DNA of 64,000 nucleotides from Azolla caroliniana (lineage: Eukaryota > Plantae > Polypodiophyta): the NCBI GenBank assembly GCA_043228905.1, contig JBHGNT010000005.1, positions 2,108,001 to 2,172,000 on the forward strand. The letters are read 5' to 3'. Of this stretch, positions 13,509 to 23,913 are shown in pieces (the first letter of the stretch is position 1; each line of letters begins with the position of its first letter). The translations under genes were made by a program, and so were the position numbers. The notes beneath the pieces are model-generated. The model was not told the DNA's origin, did not search any database, and saw only the letters and a list, made by a program, of their open reading frames with translations.

Positions 13509-16292
13509 TTTGTTTGCTCGTCTGTTTTTGCATGGAATGTCGTTGATAACTTGGTGGTGGTGCCGAGAATATGGAAGAGACATTTCCAAAAATGGGAAAT
13601 AAATGGGGCACCACGATCAGAAACGATGTCCCTATGCTTGAGATGGCTTTGGAACATGGTATAAAATGCATCCATGCCTACCAAAATGGAGTCATGTCCC
13701 TTAAAGAGTGGCAAGTCGGTGATGAAATCCATAGAAATGGATGACCACGACCGATTCGGTAGTGGGAGAGGTCGAAGCAGTCCATACAGGCGATGATGGA
13801 CTGTTTTAGATCGAGCACAGATGTCACAAGTCTTGATGAAGTCTTTCACTAGCTTCCACATTTGGGGCCACCAATAGGTCTGAGAGATCAACTCTAAAGT
13901 TTTTGCGATCCCAAAATGACCCACAAGCGAACCATTGTGGCATTGAGTTAGAATGCGAACTCGACACAGCCCTTCCGGGATGTAGACCACATTGATCCTC
14001 AGGATTACCCCATCTCGAAAGGAGAATTTTTCAAGGTCATCTCGCTGTGATCGATGAGTTGGGTCCTCAAAACATGCTTTGATTTCTTGAGCAAAGCGAT
14101 TGGTTGCAGTGGCCATGGTGATGTCAGCAAGGAGGGTCTCGTCTTGGAGAACATAGGTTGCGAAGATTTGAACTTGATCAGGTGTTAACATACATTGGGA
14201 TAGTTGATCAAATGCTTTATCCCCGGGGTCGGGTGCTAGCTCCGGCCACCTAGAAAGAGCATTGGCTTTGCTATGCTGCTGTCCTGGATGAAACACAATT
14301 CCGAAGTCATAGTTGGCAAGGAAAATTGACCATCGAACTTGTCAACGATTCAAGGTGTGAGTAGACGAAAAATAAAGGAAATTTTTGTGGTAAGTTATGA
14401 CTTGAACACGGTGTTAGGCCCCAGCTAGGTAAGGCCTCCATTCTTCGAACGCAGAGATAATGGTTGCAAGTTACTTTTCATAGATCGGGTAGTTTATCTC
14501 CGGAGCTGTGAATTTACGCGAGTAGTAAGCTACTGGATGGTGTACCCCATCGTTGTCGGGTTGTGAGAGGATAACGTTGATAGCAAAGTTTGTCGCATCT
14601 GTTTCCATTATGAATGGCTTTGTTGGATCATGGTGAAGGAGTACTGGGGCGATTATAAAGGCAGATTTAAGCGCCACGAATGCAGATTGTTTTGCCAATG
14701 CCCAACATAAGGGTTAGTCCTTACGGGTGAGTGCAACCAATGGTTGCACAATTTTGGAGAACCCTTTAATAAACCAATGATAGAAATTTGCAAAGCCAAG
14801 GAAGGATTGAACGTCTCTTACCTGGGTGGGAGGTTGCCATTCTTGAATTGCGACCACTTTATGTTGATCCATGGAAATACCATCGGGAGAGATGATGTAT
14901 CCCAGAAATTCTATAGAAGATTGCTCGAATGTGCAATTCTCATATTTGGCGTAAAGACCATGTTCTCGAAGTCTTGACAGCACCAATCAGACATACTGCT
15001 CATGGGAATCGAGATCCAGAGAGTAGATGAGGATGTCATCTAGATAGAACACCATGAATTGGTCGAGATACTCGCGAAAGATATCATTCATCATGTGTTG
15101 GAATATGGAAGGGGCATTGGTTAGCCCAAATGGCATCACACGATACTCGAACAACCCGTATCAGGTTCGGAACGTTGTCATTCATTCATGTCCCGGACGG
15201 ATACGCATTATGTTGTATGCCCCTCATAGATCAATTTTCGAGAACACTCGTCCGAGCCAAAGGCGATCCAAATGCTCTAGAATCAAAGGTAGTGGGTAGC
15301 GATTACAGACCATTACCTTGTTAAGTCCTCAGTAGTCAACACACAGACACAAGGAGCCATCTTTTTTCTTGACGAACAAAATTGGTGCCCCGACCGGAGA
15401 TTTTGAGTGACGAATGAACCCTTTCACCAAGTTTTCATCGATGTATGCATGGAGCGTATCCAACTTTGGCTTGGATAACCCGTAGATGGGACCAAAGGGA
15501 GGACATGCACCATCCTGGATGTCGATTGGACAGTCGTACGACCGATGCTCTGGTAGTCGATCCACATTCCGTTTCTCAAAGACATCAGAAAACTCTCGAT
15601 ATTTTGAAAGAATTGAGGTGGAATGTTCGATTGCAGTAGCAGCTTGAGAAGGATGGTCATCCTTAGGCTTCACCTGACCGGGTGAAGCGCATATGTCGTG
15701 ATTAACTTTGAAGTTATTATTAGTGTGAAATCGGGGCGGAATGGGCAAATTGGTGGTGTGCAACATGTGCACATGTATAGTAGGAAAACGGTGTATAGAA
15801 TAAGGGGGGAGTATTGATCCCACATTGTAACGTTCCTCCCTCCTTGGGCTATAAAAGGAAGGGAGGGGTCTCTTGTATGGGGTTGCCCATTTTGAGTTAG
15901 GAGGGTATACCGTTAGATTTAGGGTTAGGCAGTTCCTCTTATTCTTGTTTCGTTCTAGGGTTTCATCTTGGTAGTTTTCTTCTTCTTCTTCTTCTTCTTA
16001 GTCGTCGTTGTGTGGGTTGAGAGTTTGTGTATGTTTAGGGTTTGCTTTTGGTCGGTCTCTTGTGCAAGACCCCGCTTGGCGCGACGAGCCCGAGAGCTCC
16101 CCGATCGGCGGCTTGGCAGCAGATTGTCGTTGTAACCTACCCTACCTTGGTCCGGCTCGAAGCCGGGGTTGTATCTTTTCCCTTGTAATATACATACTCA
16201 TATCTGTTTGTGTATATTGGCGTATTTGGTGGTGTTGGGAGAATAGCCCTTGTTTCCTGTGCATAAGAGTCGGTGTTGTGCGCTTGCTCTCT

Positions 16293-16353
<61 letters not shown>

Positions 16354-16851
16354 TTCGGTTGCCTCCGGGACGTGTCAGGAGTCGGTTTCTCAACATCCCT
16401 TCCTCCCTCGTCCGAGACCCCTGTGGTTCCGCCCCTTCTACACGCACGCTGTCGTGAAGATCCGTCACTACGCGCGGATCGTGAGGCGGAACCGCCGGGG
16501 TTCTGGACCAGAAGGATTTAGAGTCGATACAAGCTTTGGCGAGAAAGTACTTAAGATAGATTGGGAAAGAGAGAAGTTTGAGATTACACGATTGATTTGA
16601 TAACGAATTTCTTCCTCTTAATTTTCATAAAAAAAACTGTGTCTTTTCTCCTCCCCCTTCCCTCTTTTATAGATGCTCTCATGCATATGATGCATGTGAG
16701 GGTACAAGATATGCATAAATTGCATGTTTGCCATTTGGTGCTTATGTATTACATGTGGTGCATGATAACCATGTCACTCATTTTAGCTCTCATGTATGAG
16801 AATTTACATGTAAAAGTACGATGATAGAAATATAATTTCAACTAAATAGCA

Positions 16852-16905
16852 TGGCTTAATGGTAAGCCAATTGACTCCTAACTTGGAGGTGCAAGGTTTG
16901 AATCC
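16852..16905 (+). promoter_or_regulatory. tRNA-like Pol III A-box/B-box cassette in the 3' LTR of B (B box mutated to GGTTTGAATCC)
   Basis: TGGCTTAATGG ... GGTTTGAATCC; copy of 36541-36594. Confidence 0.65.
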
Positions 16906-17484
16906 TTACTTGCCCTCCTTGTATATGTAAATATGTATATATATTTACATATTTATTTATCTAGTCGCCGGTTCGCCGGATGCCGTCGGTTATCGATGCC
17001 GTCGCCGGATACCGGTGCTGCCGTCGGATCACCGTCCGGTTTTGGTTGGCCAAAACACTTTACGAGTAGTTAGCCCACCTCCACTCTTATTTCAAGTTAC
17101 CTTAAACTCTCTATGCTCCACACATAGACATAAGGATAATATCTTTTGCTCCACCTTATATATGATGAGAGCTATATTTGTCGTGCGTATGTGGGATATC
17201 TCACAATTTTCTCTTTTCCTTTTACAAACTTGATACCCTCATATCTTGACATTTAGTTGTCCGTTTCTCGTGTAATAAAGTGCATTTGAAACCTCCATCA
17301 TTTTGTACTTAAATATTAAATCTATTTAAAATGTTATCTTCACAATTATTGTACTATGTGATTCATACTCGATTTCGTACGTTGTCGTGAAGGGCCGGCA
17401 GGCGAAGAGTAAAGGCGGGCCGGTTTTCTCCGTGCCAACTTAATTTGGCGCATGCCGGTGGATGCGCGGTTAGGTGGGGGCGGA

Positions 17485-18183
17485 TGTCGTGAAGAAAACC
17501 GCCCACAAGAGGAATCGGAGGAACAAGGCGTGGTAAACGGCTCTACACACACACACGAGCGCCAAGAAGTACCTAAGGACGAAGTAGGTACATACGAGGA
17601 TCCTAGGTGGGTAGATCCGGTTGGTATGCAGTTAATGCCAAACGGCCTCTTGACGGGCTATAAAAGGAAGAGGGAGAATAGAAGTGAGACATCTCGCGCA
17701 GGAGAGGACGAAGTGCTGCCGAACCGATTTCGAAGCTCTCTCACTCCTGCTTTCTCTGTCTTCTGCTCCATCGCGTACCTGTGCAGGTTTCGAGGAGGCT
17801 TGCGCTGTTCCGTGGAACGCCCCGAGTGCGTCCTGCAGCACCTCCGACTTGTTTTCCCCTTTCTGTGCGTCGCGACATACAGGGGTCGGCATCTGTTCGC
17901 CGCCCTGTTCGTCTTCGTTAGTATCTATTTCGTGCCCCACCGTGGGTTGTAATACTTTAGCCTGTTATTTTCTTGCATTCATAAGTACATATCTCTCGTT
18001 GTTGCGTCCATCTGCGTCGGCGTTTATTTGTGATCTCTGTTTGTTGGGCCGTGTCCCTGTGCAATCTTCGGATCTGTGTAATCGGGTCTCTCTCTCCTTC
18101 TCTCTCTCTCTCTCTTGCTCTTCGGTCCAAGACCCCCGTGGTCCCTCCTCCTTTCTGCACGCAAGGGCGTAGCAACCCCGACA
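17485..18183 (+). repeat. Canonical 5' LTR of A (699 bp)
   Basis: TGTCGTGAAG...CCCCGACA with TATAAAA at ~17659. The only difference seen from the 3' LTR is T17849 vs C24278. Confidence 0.95.
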
Positions 18184-18186
18184 TCT

Positions 18187-18204
18187 TGGTGAACCCGACG
18201 TGAA
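18187..18204 (+). promoter_or_regulatory. Primer-binding site complementary to the tRNA-Trp 3' end
   Basis: TGGTGAACCCGACGTGAA is the reverse complement of plant cytosolic tRNA-Trp ...TTCACGTCGGGTTCA-CCA (recalled, not searched). The same PBS occurs in B, F and G, with variants in E and I. Confidence 0.88.
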
Positions 18205-18226
18205 GGAGGCGGCAGAAGAGCAGGAA

Positions 18227-20353
18227 ATGAGGGGGTCGGATCTCGCAGAGGCCATGGCTTCGGCCGTGGATCGGATTGTAAACGCGCGCGAGAGCACCGG
18301 TGCCCTCGACAGAGCTATTGAGGCGGTCGTCGGCACGATCGGCCGGTTCGATGGGAAGGATGCCACGAAGTATTTGGCGTCCTACGGTGCAGAGATGCTG
18401 ATGCGGGACATTCCGGAAGAAAGGCGTCTTGCCGGATTTCCCCGAGTAGCGATGCCGAGCATCCATGCGGAGGTGCTCGAGGTGCGGACGGAGAGCCGTA
18501 CCTGGGAGGAGTTCGAAGGTCGGCTCCTAGAGAAATACGGGCTGGACGACGCGCTCCGGCTTTCGAAGCGAAGGTTCATGGAATGGGTGGAGTCCCCGGG
18601 GAAGGGAAGAAACGCGTCGGCGCTCCTCCGGGAGTTCGAGGAAAACTTTGCGCGCCTTTCGGCGCTTGACCGAACCATCCTGGACACGAGCCGGGTCTTG
18701 CTGTTTGTCAAGTCGGTCGACGAGCGGGATCGGGAGCAAGTGGGCTTCTTGCTGGAAACCGAAGACGGGCTCACTACGGACTGGGCGGCTGTCAGGAAGG
18801 TCTGTGGCCGTTTCGACAAACGGCGAGAATGGGCGGATAACGGGGCGACCGGGTCGGGCTCGGTCGCAGCAAGGAAGCTCGAACCAGTGCCACAGGTGCG
18901 CAAAGAAGAGACCCGGGAGTGGTTGGAAACCGGTTCGGCTTCGACCGGCGTAATCAGAGGCTCAACCGGAGGAGCGGCGCTGGAGGAATTGACGAAGGCG
19001 ATAAAGGACCTCCAAATCGCGCAGGCCCGAAGGGAAGGAGGCGAACCGGCTCGTGACCGACGGCCGGCGGCAGGAAACAGGTGCATGTGGTGCGATGAAG
19101 TCGGCCACATCCGGAAGGACTGCGGCGACTTCGCGGAGGCGCTGAGGAACAGGGTGGTGTACCTGTGGGAAGGACGGGTGCATGCCAGCGACACCCGAAG
19201 GGCCCTGAGCCGAAACGACGGAAAGGGCGGTATGAAAAGGGTGATGGAAGAGGCGGCGGCCCGACACGCGGAAACCGTCCACTACTCGGCGTCGGCCGGC
19301 ATTCGAGTCGGGGGCGGCGATGCCCGGAGGGAAAGCAAAGCCGGATTCTGGCCGACGGTGCTGGAAGGCCTTGCCAATACGAGGATGAAGAGGGAGGAAT
19401 CGGACCGTGCGGAGAAACGGGTACGGGAGATGACCGGGTGGAGCGACCCGGTCAAGGAAAGGACGGGCTTCGTGGAAGCTGCTTGCCAGAACTACGAGGC
19501 TCTGGTAGAAGAGAAGCGGGTGGGGAGACCCGGGACGACCGGGCCCTCACAACGATACGAGACCCGGTCCGGGCCACGACGGGACGAAGCCGGCGGGGCC
19601 GGTACGCAAGATAAACCCCAGAAGGGCGGGTACCGTCTGGGGACGGAGATAGAAAGGACCACGGACTTACGAAAGGTCCTGGAGGAACGGATCCTCGACA
19701 GCAAGGTGGAGCTGTCGTTACGAGAGGTGCTGGGGATCGCCAAGAAGGAGTTCCACGACTCCATCGTGGACTTGGTGAAACGGAAGAGGCTGTCGACGGA
19801 GACAGAACCGGAAAGACCGGTGGAAGTGCGGACGACGCACCTAGACGACATGGTGCTGGGAGACGAGTGGGCGGAAAGCCACTATTCGAGACCACACTGG
19901 GCCCGAGCAACCACGGAAACCCCGGTGAAGATCGGCGATGTCCAGGAACCGGTGATAGCTTTGGTGGACCACGGATCGGAGATCAATTTGATGTCCATGG
20001 ACTTCTATAAGAAGGGCAAATGGCCGATCAACACCAAGCACGGGTGGAAAATAAGGGCAGCAACGCGCGCCACCGAGGAACTGCACGGGGCCTGTCCGAA
20101 TGTGCGGGTCAAGATTGGCGACGTCGAGATTGACCAGCACTTCTTCGTGCAGGAGACGTCTTCGCATCCGGTCATTCTGGGAGAACCGTACATTACGGCG
20201 GCGCGGATGGAGACCAAAGTGCTGGACAATGGTTCGGCCTATGCGAGGGTCAAAAGCCAAGACGGGCGCCATTCGGTCCAGTTTCTGACGGTAAGGCCGA
20301 ACCACGAACGTAACCGCGATTCCCTCGGTTCCGAAACCCGAGAGGATTTTTAG
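18227..20353 (+). CDS. gag: Gag-aspartic protease polyprotein of A
   Basis: Open frame with first ATG at 18227. CCHC knuckle CMWCDEVGHIRKDC; protease ALVDHGSEINL and HPVILGEPY; ends ..REDF-TAG. Confidence 0.93.
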   Translation: MRGSDLAEAMASAVDRIVNARESTGALDRAIEAVVGTIGRFDGKDATKYLASYGAEMLMRDIPEERRLAGFPRVAMPSIHAEVLEVRTESRTWEEFEGRLLEKYGLDDALRLSKRRFMEWVESPGKGRNASALLREFEENFARLSALDRTILDTSRVLLFVKSVDERDREQVGFLLETEDGLTTDWAAVRKVCGRFDKRREWADNGATGSGSVAARKLEPVPQVRKEETREWLETGSASTGVIRGSTGGAALEELTKAIKDLQIAQARREGGEPARDRRPAAGNRCMWCDEVGHIRKDCGDFAEALRNRVVYLWEGRVHASDTRRALSRNDGKGGMKRVMEEAAARHAETVHYSASAGIRVGGGDARRESKAGFWPTVLEGLANTRMKREESDRAEKRVREMTGWSDPVKERTGFVEAACQNYEALVEEKRVGRPGTTGPSQRYETRSGPRRDEAGGAGTQDKPQKGGYRLGTEIERTTDLRKVLEERILDSKVELSLREVLGIAKKEFHDSIVDLVKRKRLSTETEPERPVEVRTTHLDDMVLGDEWAESHYSRPHWARATTETPVKIGDVQEPVIALVDHGSEINLMSMDFYKKGKWPINTKHGWKIRAATRATEELHGACPNVRVKIGDVEIDQHFFVQETSSHPVILGEPYITAARMETKVLDNGSAYARVKSQDGRHSVQFLTVRPNHERNRDSLGSETREDF

Positions 20354-20409
20354 AGAGGACTGCCAAGGCGTGGGGCCGCGACAGTCCGGACACCCCGGGA
20401 AAACCCCAC
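20344..20409 (+). promoter_or_regulatory. Putative -1 ribosomal frameshift signal (GGATTTT plus H-type pseudoknot)
   Basis: The -1 frame is open from 20314 into pol. Stem 1 is 20357-20362/20382-20387 and stem 2 is 20370-20375/20404-20409. Conserved in B, G and I. Confidence 0.8.
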
Positions 20410-23400
20410 ACCTGTACGATAAAGCCGAAGAAACCTTGTACCATAGGTAGGGAATTTTTGTTCTCCGACAGCGGAGCGTGTACGGTAGTCGGCATCGGCG
20501 GCCGAGAGAAGAGAAAGGCGGAGGGGAGACTTCGAGCGTGCGGAGTTCTCGGCCCTGACGAGGAAATCGACGGAGCCGTGGAGGCGGTCTCATTCGACGA
20601 CACCTTGGGGATGCTGGGAAAGGTAGTCGAAGAAGGCCTTAACGAAGACCGGACGATACCGGTGTGTTCCGAGGAGATGTACGAAGTCATTGCGGACTTC
20701 GGTCGAGGGCTTGAGTCGGTACGAACGGCCCACGTAAGCACCAAGTACAAGACTGTGGACCGGAAGGTAAGGCCAGTCGCGGCACCCTTACCGGAGGACA
20801 GCGCGTCGAGAATCAAAGGGGTTGCATCGGACCCTAGTCTACGAGATCCGGCCTGCATAGGACACACCTTCACCGACGAGACGCTCCGAGAGCTCAAAAT
20901 CGGTGGGGGCGGGTTCCTACTGCCGGCGGAGGAAGACCGGTTTCGGAGAATGCTCGGAAGGCACGGGAAAGCCTTCGCATTCTCACCGGAGGAAATCGGG
21001 TGCGTCGACCCGACGATCGTGGAGCCGATGGTGATATTCACGGTACCGCATGTACCATGGAATCTCAAGCCAATCCCGGTTCCGAGAGCTCACATCCCGA
21101 AGTTGATGGAGCTGCTGAGGCAGAAAGTTGATATGGGAATTCTCGAGCCGTCGAGCGCCCCATATTCGAATCGATGGTTTACCGTACCGAAGAAAAACGG
21201 TTCGTTGCGCTTCATCCAGGACCTGCAGCCGGTCAATCGAGTGACGATTCGGAACGCAGGGATCGGACCGACCATAGACGAGTTCGCGGAGGCCTTCGCC
21301 GGAAGGTCAATTTACTCGGTCGGGGATCTATACTCAGGGTACGACCAGTTCCAGCTAGCCGTGGAGAGCAGAGACATTACGACGATGCGAACTCCCCTCG
21401 GCTTAGTTCGGATGTGTACACTGCCGCAAGGAGGGACCAACTCGGTGGCCCACATGGTGAATGCGATGAACAAGGTTCTGAGGGACTGTATCCCGGACAT
21501 CACCATGCCGTTTCTGGACGACATCCCGATCAAGGGATGCCCGGTGGAAGAAAAGGACGAGACGATCGGCCCGGACGGATGCCGGCGATTCGTGGCGACG
21601 CACATCGACGACTGCGAGAAGGTGCTGCAAAGGCTAGAGGATGCGAGACTCACCTTCTCCGGGGAGAAGTCGGCCTTCGGGCAGTCAGAAATCATGGTGG
21701 TCGGACACCTGTGCGGACCATATGGCCGGAAACCGTCTCCGGCAAAGGTAGAAGCCATCTCCGCGATGAAGCCCGACTGCAGCTCGGTCACGGAAGTACG
21801 GAGATTCCTGGGGGCATGCGCGTTCTACCACATATGGATCCCGCATTACGCACACGTCGCGGAGCCACTGTACGGGTTGCTGAAAAGGGGGCGAAGGTTC
21901 GAATGGCTAGACGAGCACGCGGAATCGGTCCGGAAGCTGAAAGAGGCTCTTGCAGCGGCACCGGCACTTCGGAAGGCGGTATACGGGAAGGGTACCCCGG
22001 TATTCATAACGGTGGATACCAGTCCGACCGGGATCGGATGGGTCGTGAACCAGGAAGACGAGGACGGCAATCGGTTTCCGATCCGATTCGGCGCGAAAGT
22101 CCTCAGTGAACGGCAGCGAGGATACGCCCAGGTTAAACGCGAACTCTGGGGTATTGTTTCGGCGGTTAAGGCCGACAAAGACTACCTGATAGGGACAGAA
22201 GTGATCATCGAGACGGATTGCCTGCCGATTCTCGGTATGGTTTCCGGATGCGCGACTCCGGACCTGGCGATGCTCAGGTGGATAGCGTACATCAAGTCCC
22301 TGGACCCGGAAATACGACACATTTCCGGGAAAGACAACGCCATGGCCGACATGCTTTCAAGAGCGAGGTTCGACGACGAGGGCGGCATGGTTTCGGAAGA
22401 CGAAGAAGTCGGCGTGGATTTCTTCGAGGCGGCATACATGACGACCGACGGGATGAGCACTCCGGCGCTTAACGAGTTCGACGCGAGCAAGTACGACGGG
22501 GAGTGGCTACAGATCGGCGGGTTTTTGAAGACAATGACGCCCGATGCGTCATGGACGAAGGAAGAGGCCAACCGGATCCGGAAGAAAGCATATCGATTCT
22601 TTCTCCGAGATGGGCATTTGTGGAAGCACCCGAAGAAGAGGAACGGCGTCCCGCTCCGGGTGGTGGCGATGAAGGAAGAACAGGAGGAGCTACTGGCGGC
22701 CTACCACGACAGCCCTTGGGCCGGACACCGTGGAACGTGGGCGACATTTGAGAAGCTGAAGGGGAAGTACTGGTGGCCGGGATTGTACCGGGACGTGCAT
22801 CGGTTCGTGTCAACTTGCGAGAGTTGTCAGATGCACTCGATAGTCCGACACCGGGACGGGCTTCGCCCTACGTACCCTCCGACTATCCACTTCAAATGGA
22901 TGGTAGATCTAGTGACGATGCCGATGGGGGTAGGACAGATGCGGTATCTGGTCCTAGCGCGGGAAGACCTGACGAACCAGGTGGAAGGCCGAGCCCTTCA
23001 GAATAAGACGACCGCGGCCGTGTGTCGGTTCCTGATCGAGGACGTGATATGCCGGTACGGGTGCGTCGGGAAGATCGTGGCTGACCGAGGGGAGTTGGAC
23101 ACCGAGGAAGCCGCGGAGCTGTTTGATCGGCTGGGAGTCAAACTCTCGCTCACCACTGCGTACAACCCGGAGGCGAATGGAAAGGTGGAGCGCGGACACG
23201 GGCCGATCGTTAAAGCGCTGGTTCGGGCATGCGGGGGCCAAATCGGTAACTGGCCGCGACTTCTACCATATGCTTTGTGGGCCGACCGGACTACGCACAG
23301 TTCGGTAACCGGGTACATGCCGACAGAGCTCATGTTCGGCCAGAAGCCGATCATGCCGATGGAACGAACAATCTCCTCATGGGCAACGGTCGACTGGAGG

Positions 23401-23841
23401 GACGAGGTGAGCCGGGAGGACTTGTTGGCAGCGCGCATACGACAACTCGAACGGAAACCGGAGGACGTGGAGACGGCTGCAGAAAGGATCCGAGTGGCGA
23501 GGATAAAGAACAAGGCCAGGTTCGACCGGACGCACCGACTCCGACCGAAGAAGATCGAACAAGGTGACTGGGTGCTCGTCTACGACAGCAGCCTCGACAA
23601 CCAGCACCGAGCCACACGAAAGTTCGCACGTAGGTGGTTCGGGCCTTACGTGGTACGGAGCGCCAATGACAACGGGACATATCACCTGGCGGAACTCGAC
23701 GGTACGAGAATAGCGATACCCGTGGCCGGGAAGAGGATCAAAGCTTTCAAGAAGCGGCACGACGACGAACCCGACCCGATTCTCCTGGACAGCAGCGACG
23801 ACCGATTCGAGGCCGAGGAAGGGCCGGCAGGCGAAGAGTAA
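20350..23841 (+). CDS. pol: RT-RNase H-integrase (Pol) of A, in the -1 frame relative to gag
   Basis: RT (DLYSGYDQ, LPQG, FLDD), RNase H (VDTS, KRELWG, TDC, ADMLSR), integrase HHCC (H..GH..CESC), D,D35E (VDL, ADRGE, NGKVE) and GPY motif. No chromodomain and no internal stops. Confidence 0.95.
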   Translation, partial: LERTAKAWGRDSPDTPGKPHTCTIKPKKPCTIGREFLFSDSGACTVVGIGGREKRKAEGRLRACGVLGPDEEIDGAVEAVSFDDTLGMLGKVVEEGLNEDRTIPVCSEEMYEVIADFGRGLESVRTAHVSTKYKTVDRKVRPVAAPLPEDSASRIKGVASDPSLRDPACIGHTFTDETLRELKIGGGGFLLPAEEDRFRRMLGRHGKAFAFSPEEIGCVDPTIVEPMVIFTVPHVPWNLKPIPVPRAHIPKLMELLRQKVDMGILEPSSAPYSNRWFTVPKKNGSLRFIQDLQPVNRVTIRNAGIGPTIDEFAEAFAGRSIYSVGDLYSGYDQFQLAVESRDITTMRTPLGLVRMCTLPQGGTNSVAHMVNAMNKVLRDCIPDITMPFLDDIPIKGCPVEEKDETIGPDGCRRFVATHIDDCEKVLQRLEDARLTFSGEKSAFGQSEIMVVGHLCGPYGRKPSPAKVEAISAMKPDCSSVTEVRRFLGACAFYHIWIPHYAHVAEPLYGLLKRGRRFEWLDEHAESVRKLKEALAAAPALRKAVYGKGTPVFITVDTSPTGIGWVVNQEDEDGNRFPIRFGAKVLSERQRGYAQVKRELWGIVSAVKADKDYLIGTEVIIETDCLPILGMVSGCATPDLAMLRWIAYIKSLDPEIRHISGKDNAMADMLSRARFDDEGGMVSEDEEVGVDFFEAAYMTTDGMSTPALNEFDASKYDGEWLQIGGFLKTMTPDASWTKEEANRIRKKAYRFFLRDGHLWKHPKKRNGVPLRVVAMKEEQEELLAAYHDSPWAGHRGTWATFEKLKGKYWWPGLYRDVHRFVSTCESCQMHSIVRHRDGLRPTYPPTIHFKWMVDLVTMPMGVGQMRYLVLAREDLTNQVEGRALQNKTTAAVCRFLIEDVICRYGCVGKIVADRGELDTEEAAELFDRLGVKLSLTTAYNPEANGKVERGHGPIVKALVRACGGQIGNWPRLLPYALWADRTTHSSVTGYMPTELMFGQKPIMPMERTISSWATVDWRDEVSREDLLAARIRQLERKPEDVETAAERIRVARIKNKARFDRTHRLRPKKIEQGDWVLVYDSSLDNQHRATRKFARRWFGPYVVRSANDNGTYHLAELDGTRIAIPVAGKRIKAFKKRHDDEPDPILLDSSDDRFEAEEGPAGEE

Positions 23842-23913
23842 AGGCGGGCCGGTTTTCTCCGTGCCAACTTAATTTGGCGCATGCCGGTGGATGCGCGGTT
23901 AGGTGGGGGCGGA

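Larger units (their letters stand above)
11815..15693 (-). mobile_element. Element D: decayed Tcn1-like chromoviral Ty3/Gypsy (pol, LTR, then PBS and gag start of a second unit)
   Basis: Minus-strand fragments: RT ([23 protein letters not shown]), RNase H (ETDATNFA, EINYPIYEKEL), integrase (WSSISMDFITDLP) and chromodomain (EYEVEEILNS..YLVRRKGY..TWEP). PPT at 12438-12445, LTR at 12437-12037, and a gag-like ATG at 11976. Interrupted at 15693 by element E. Confidence 0.85.

Noticed and set aside
17452-18172. 166-aa and 162-aa ORFs duplicated at 23881-24601
   Set aside because: They are duplicated only because they lie in the LTRs; no motif, and not preserved in the related G and K LTRs.
18382-23760. 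Many long antisense and alternate-frame ORFs over A (and over G, H, I)
   Set aside because: Shadow ORFs expected from GC-rich codon usage; they are Ser/Arg/Pro-rich with no recognisable domains.
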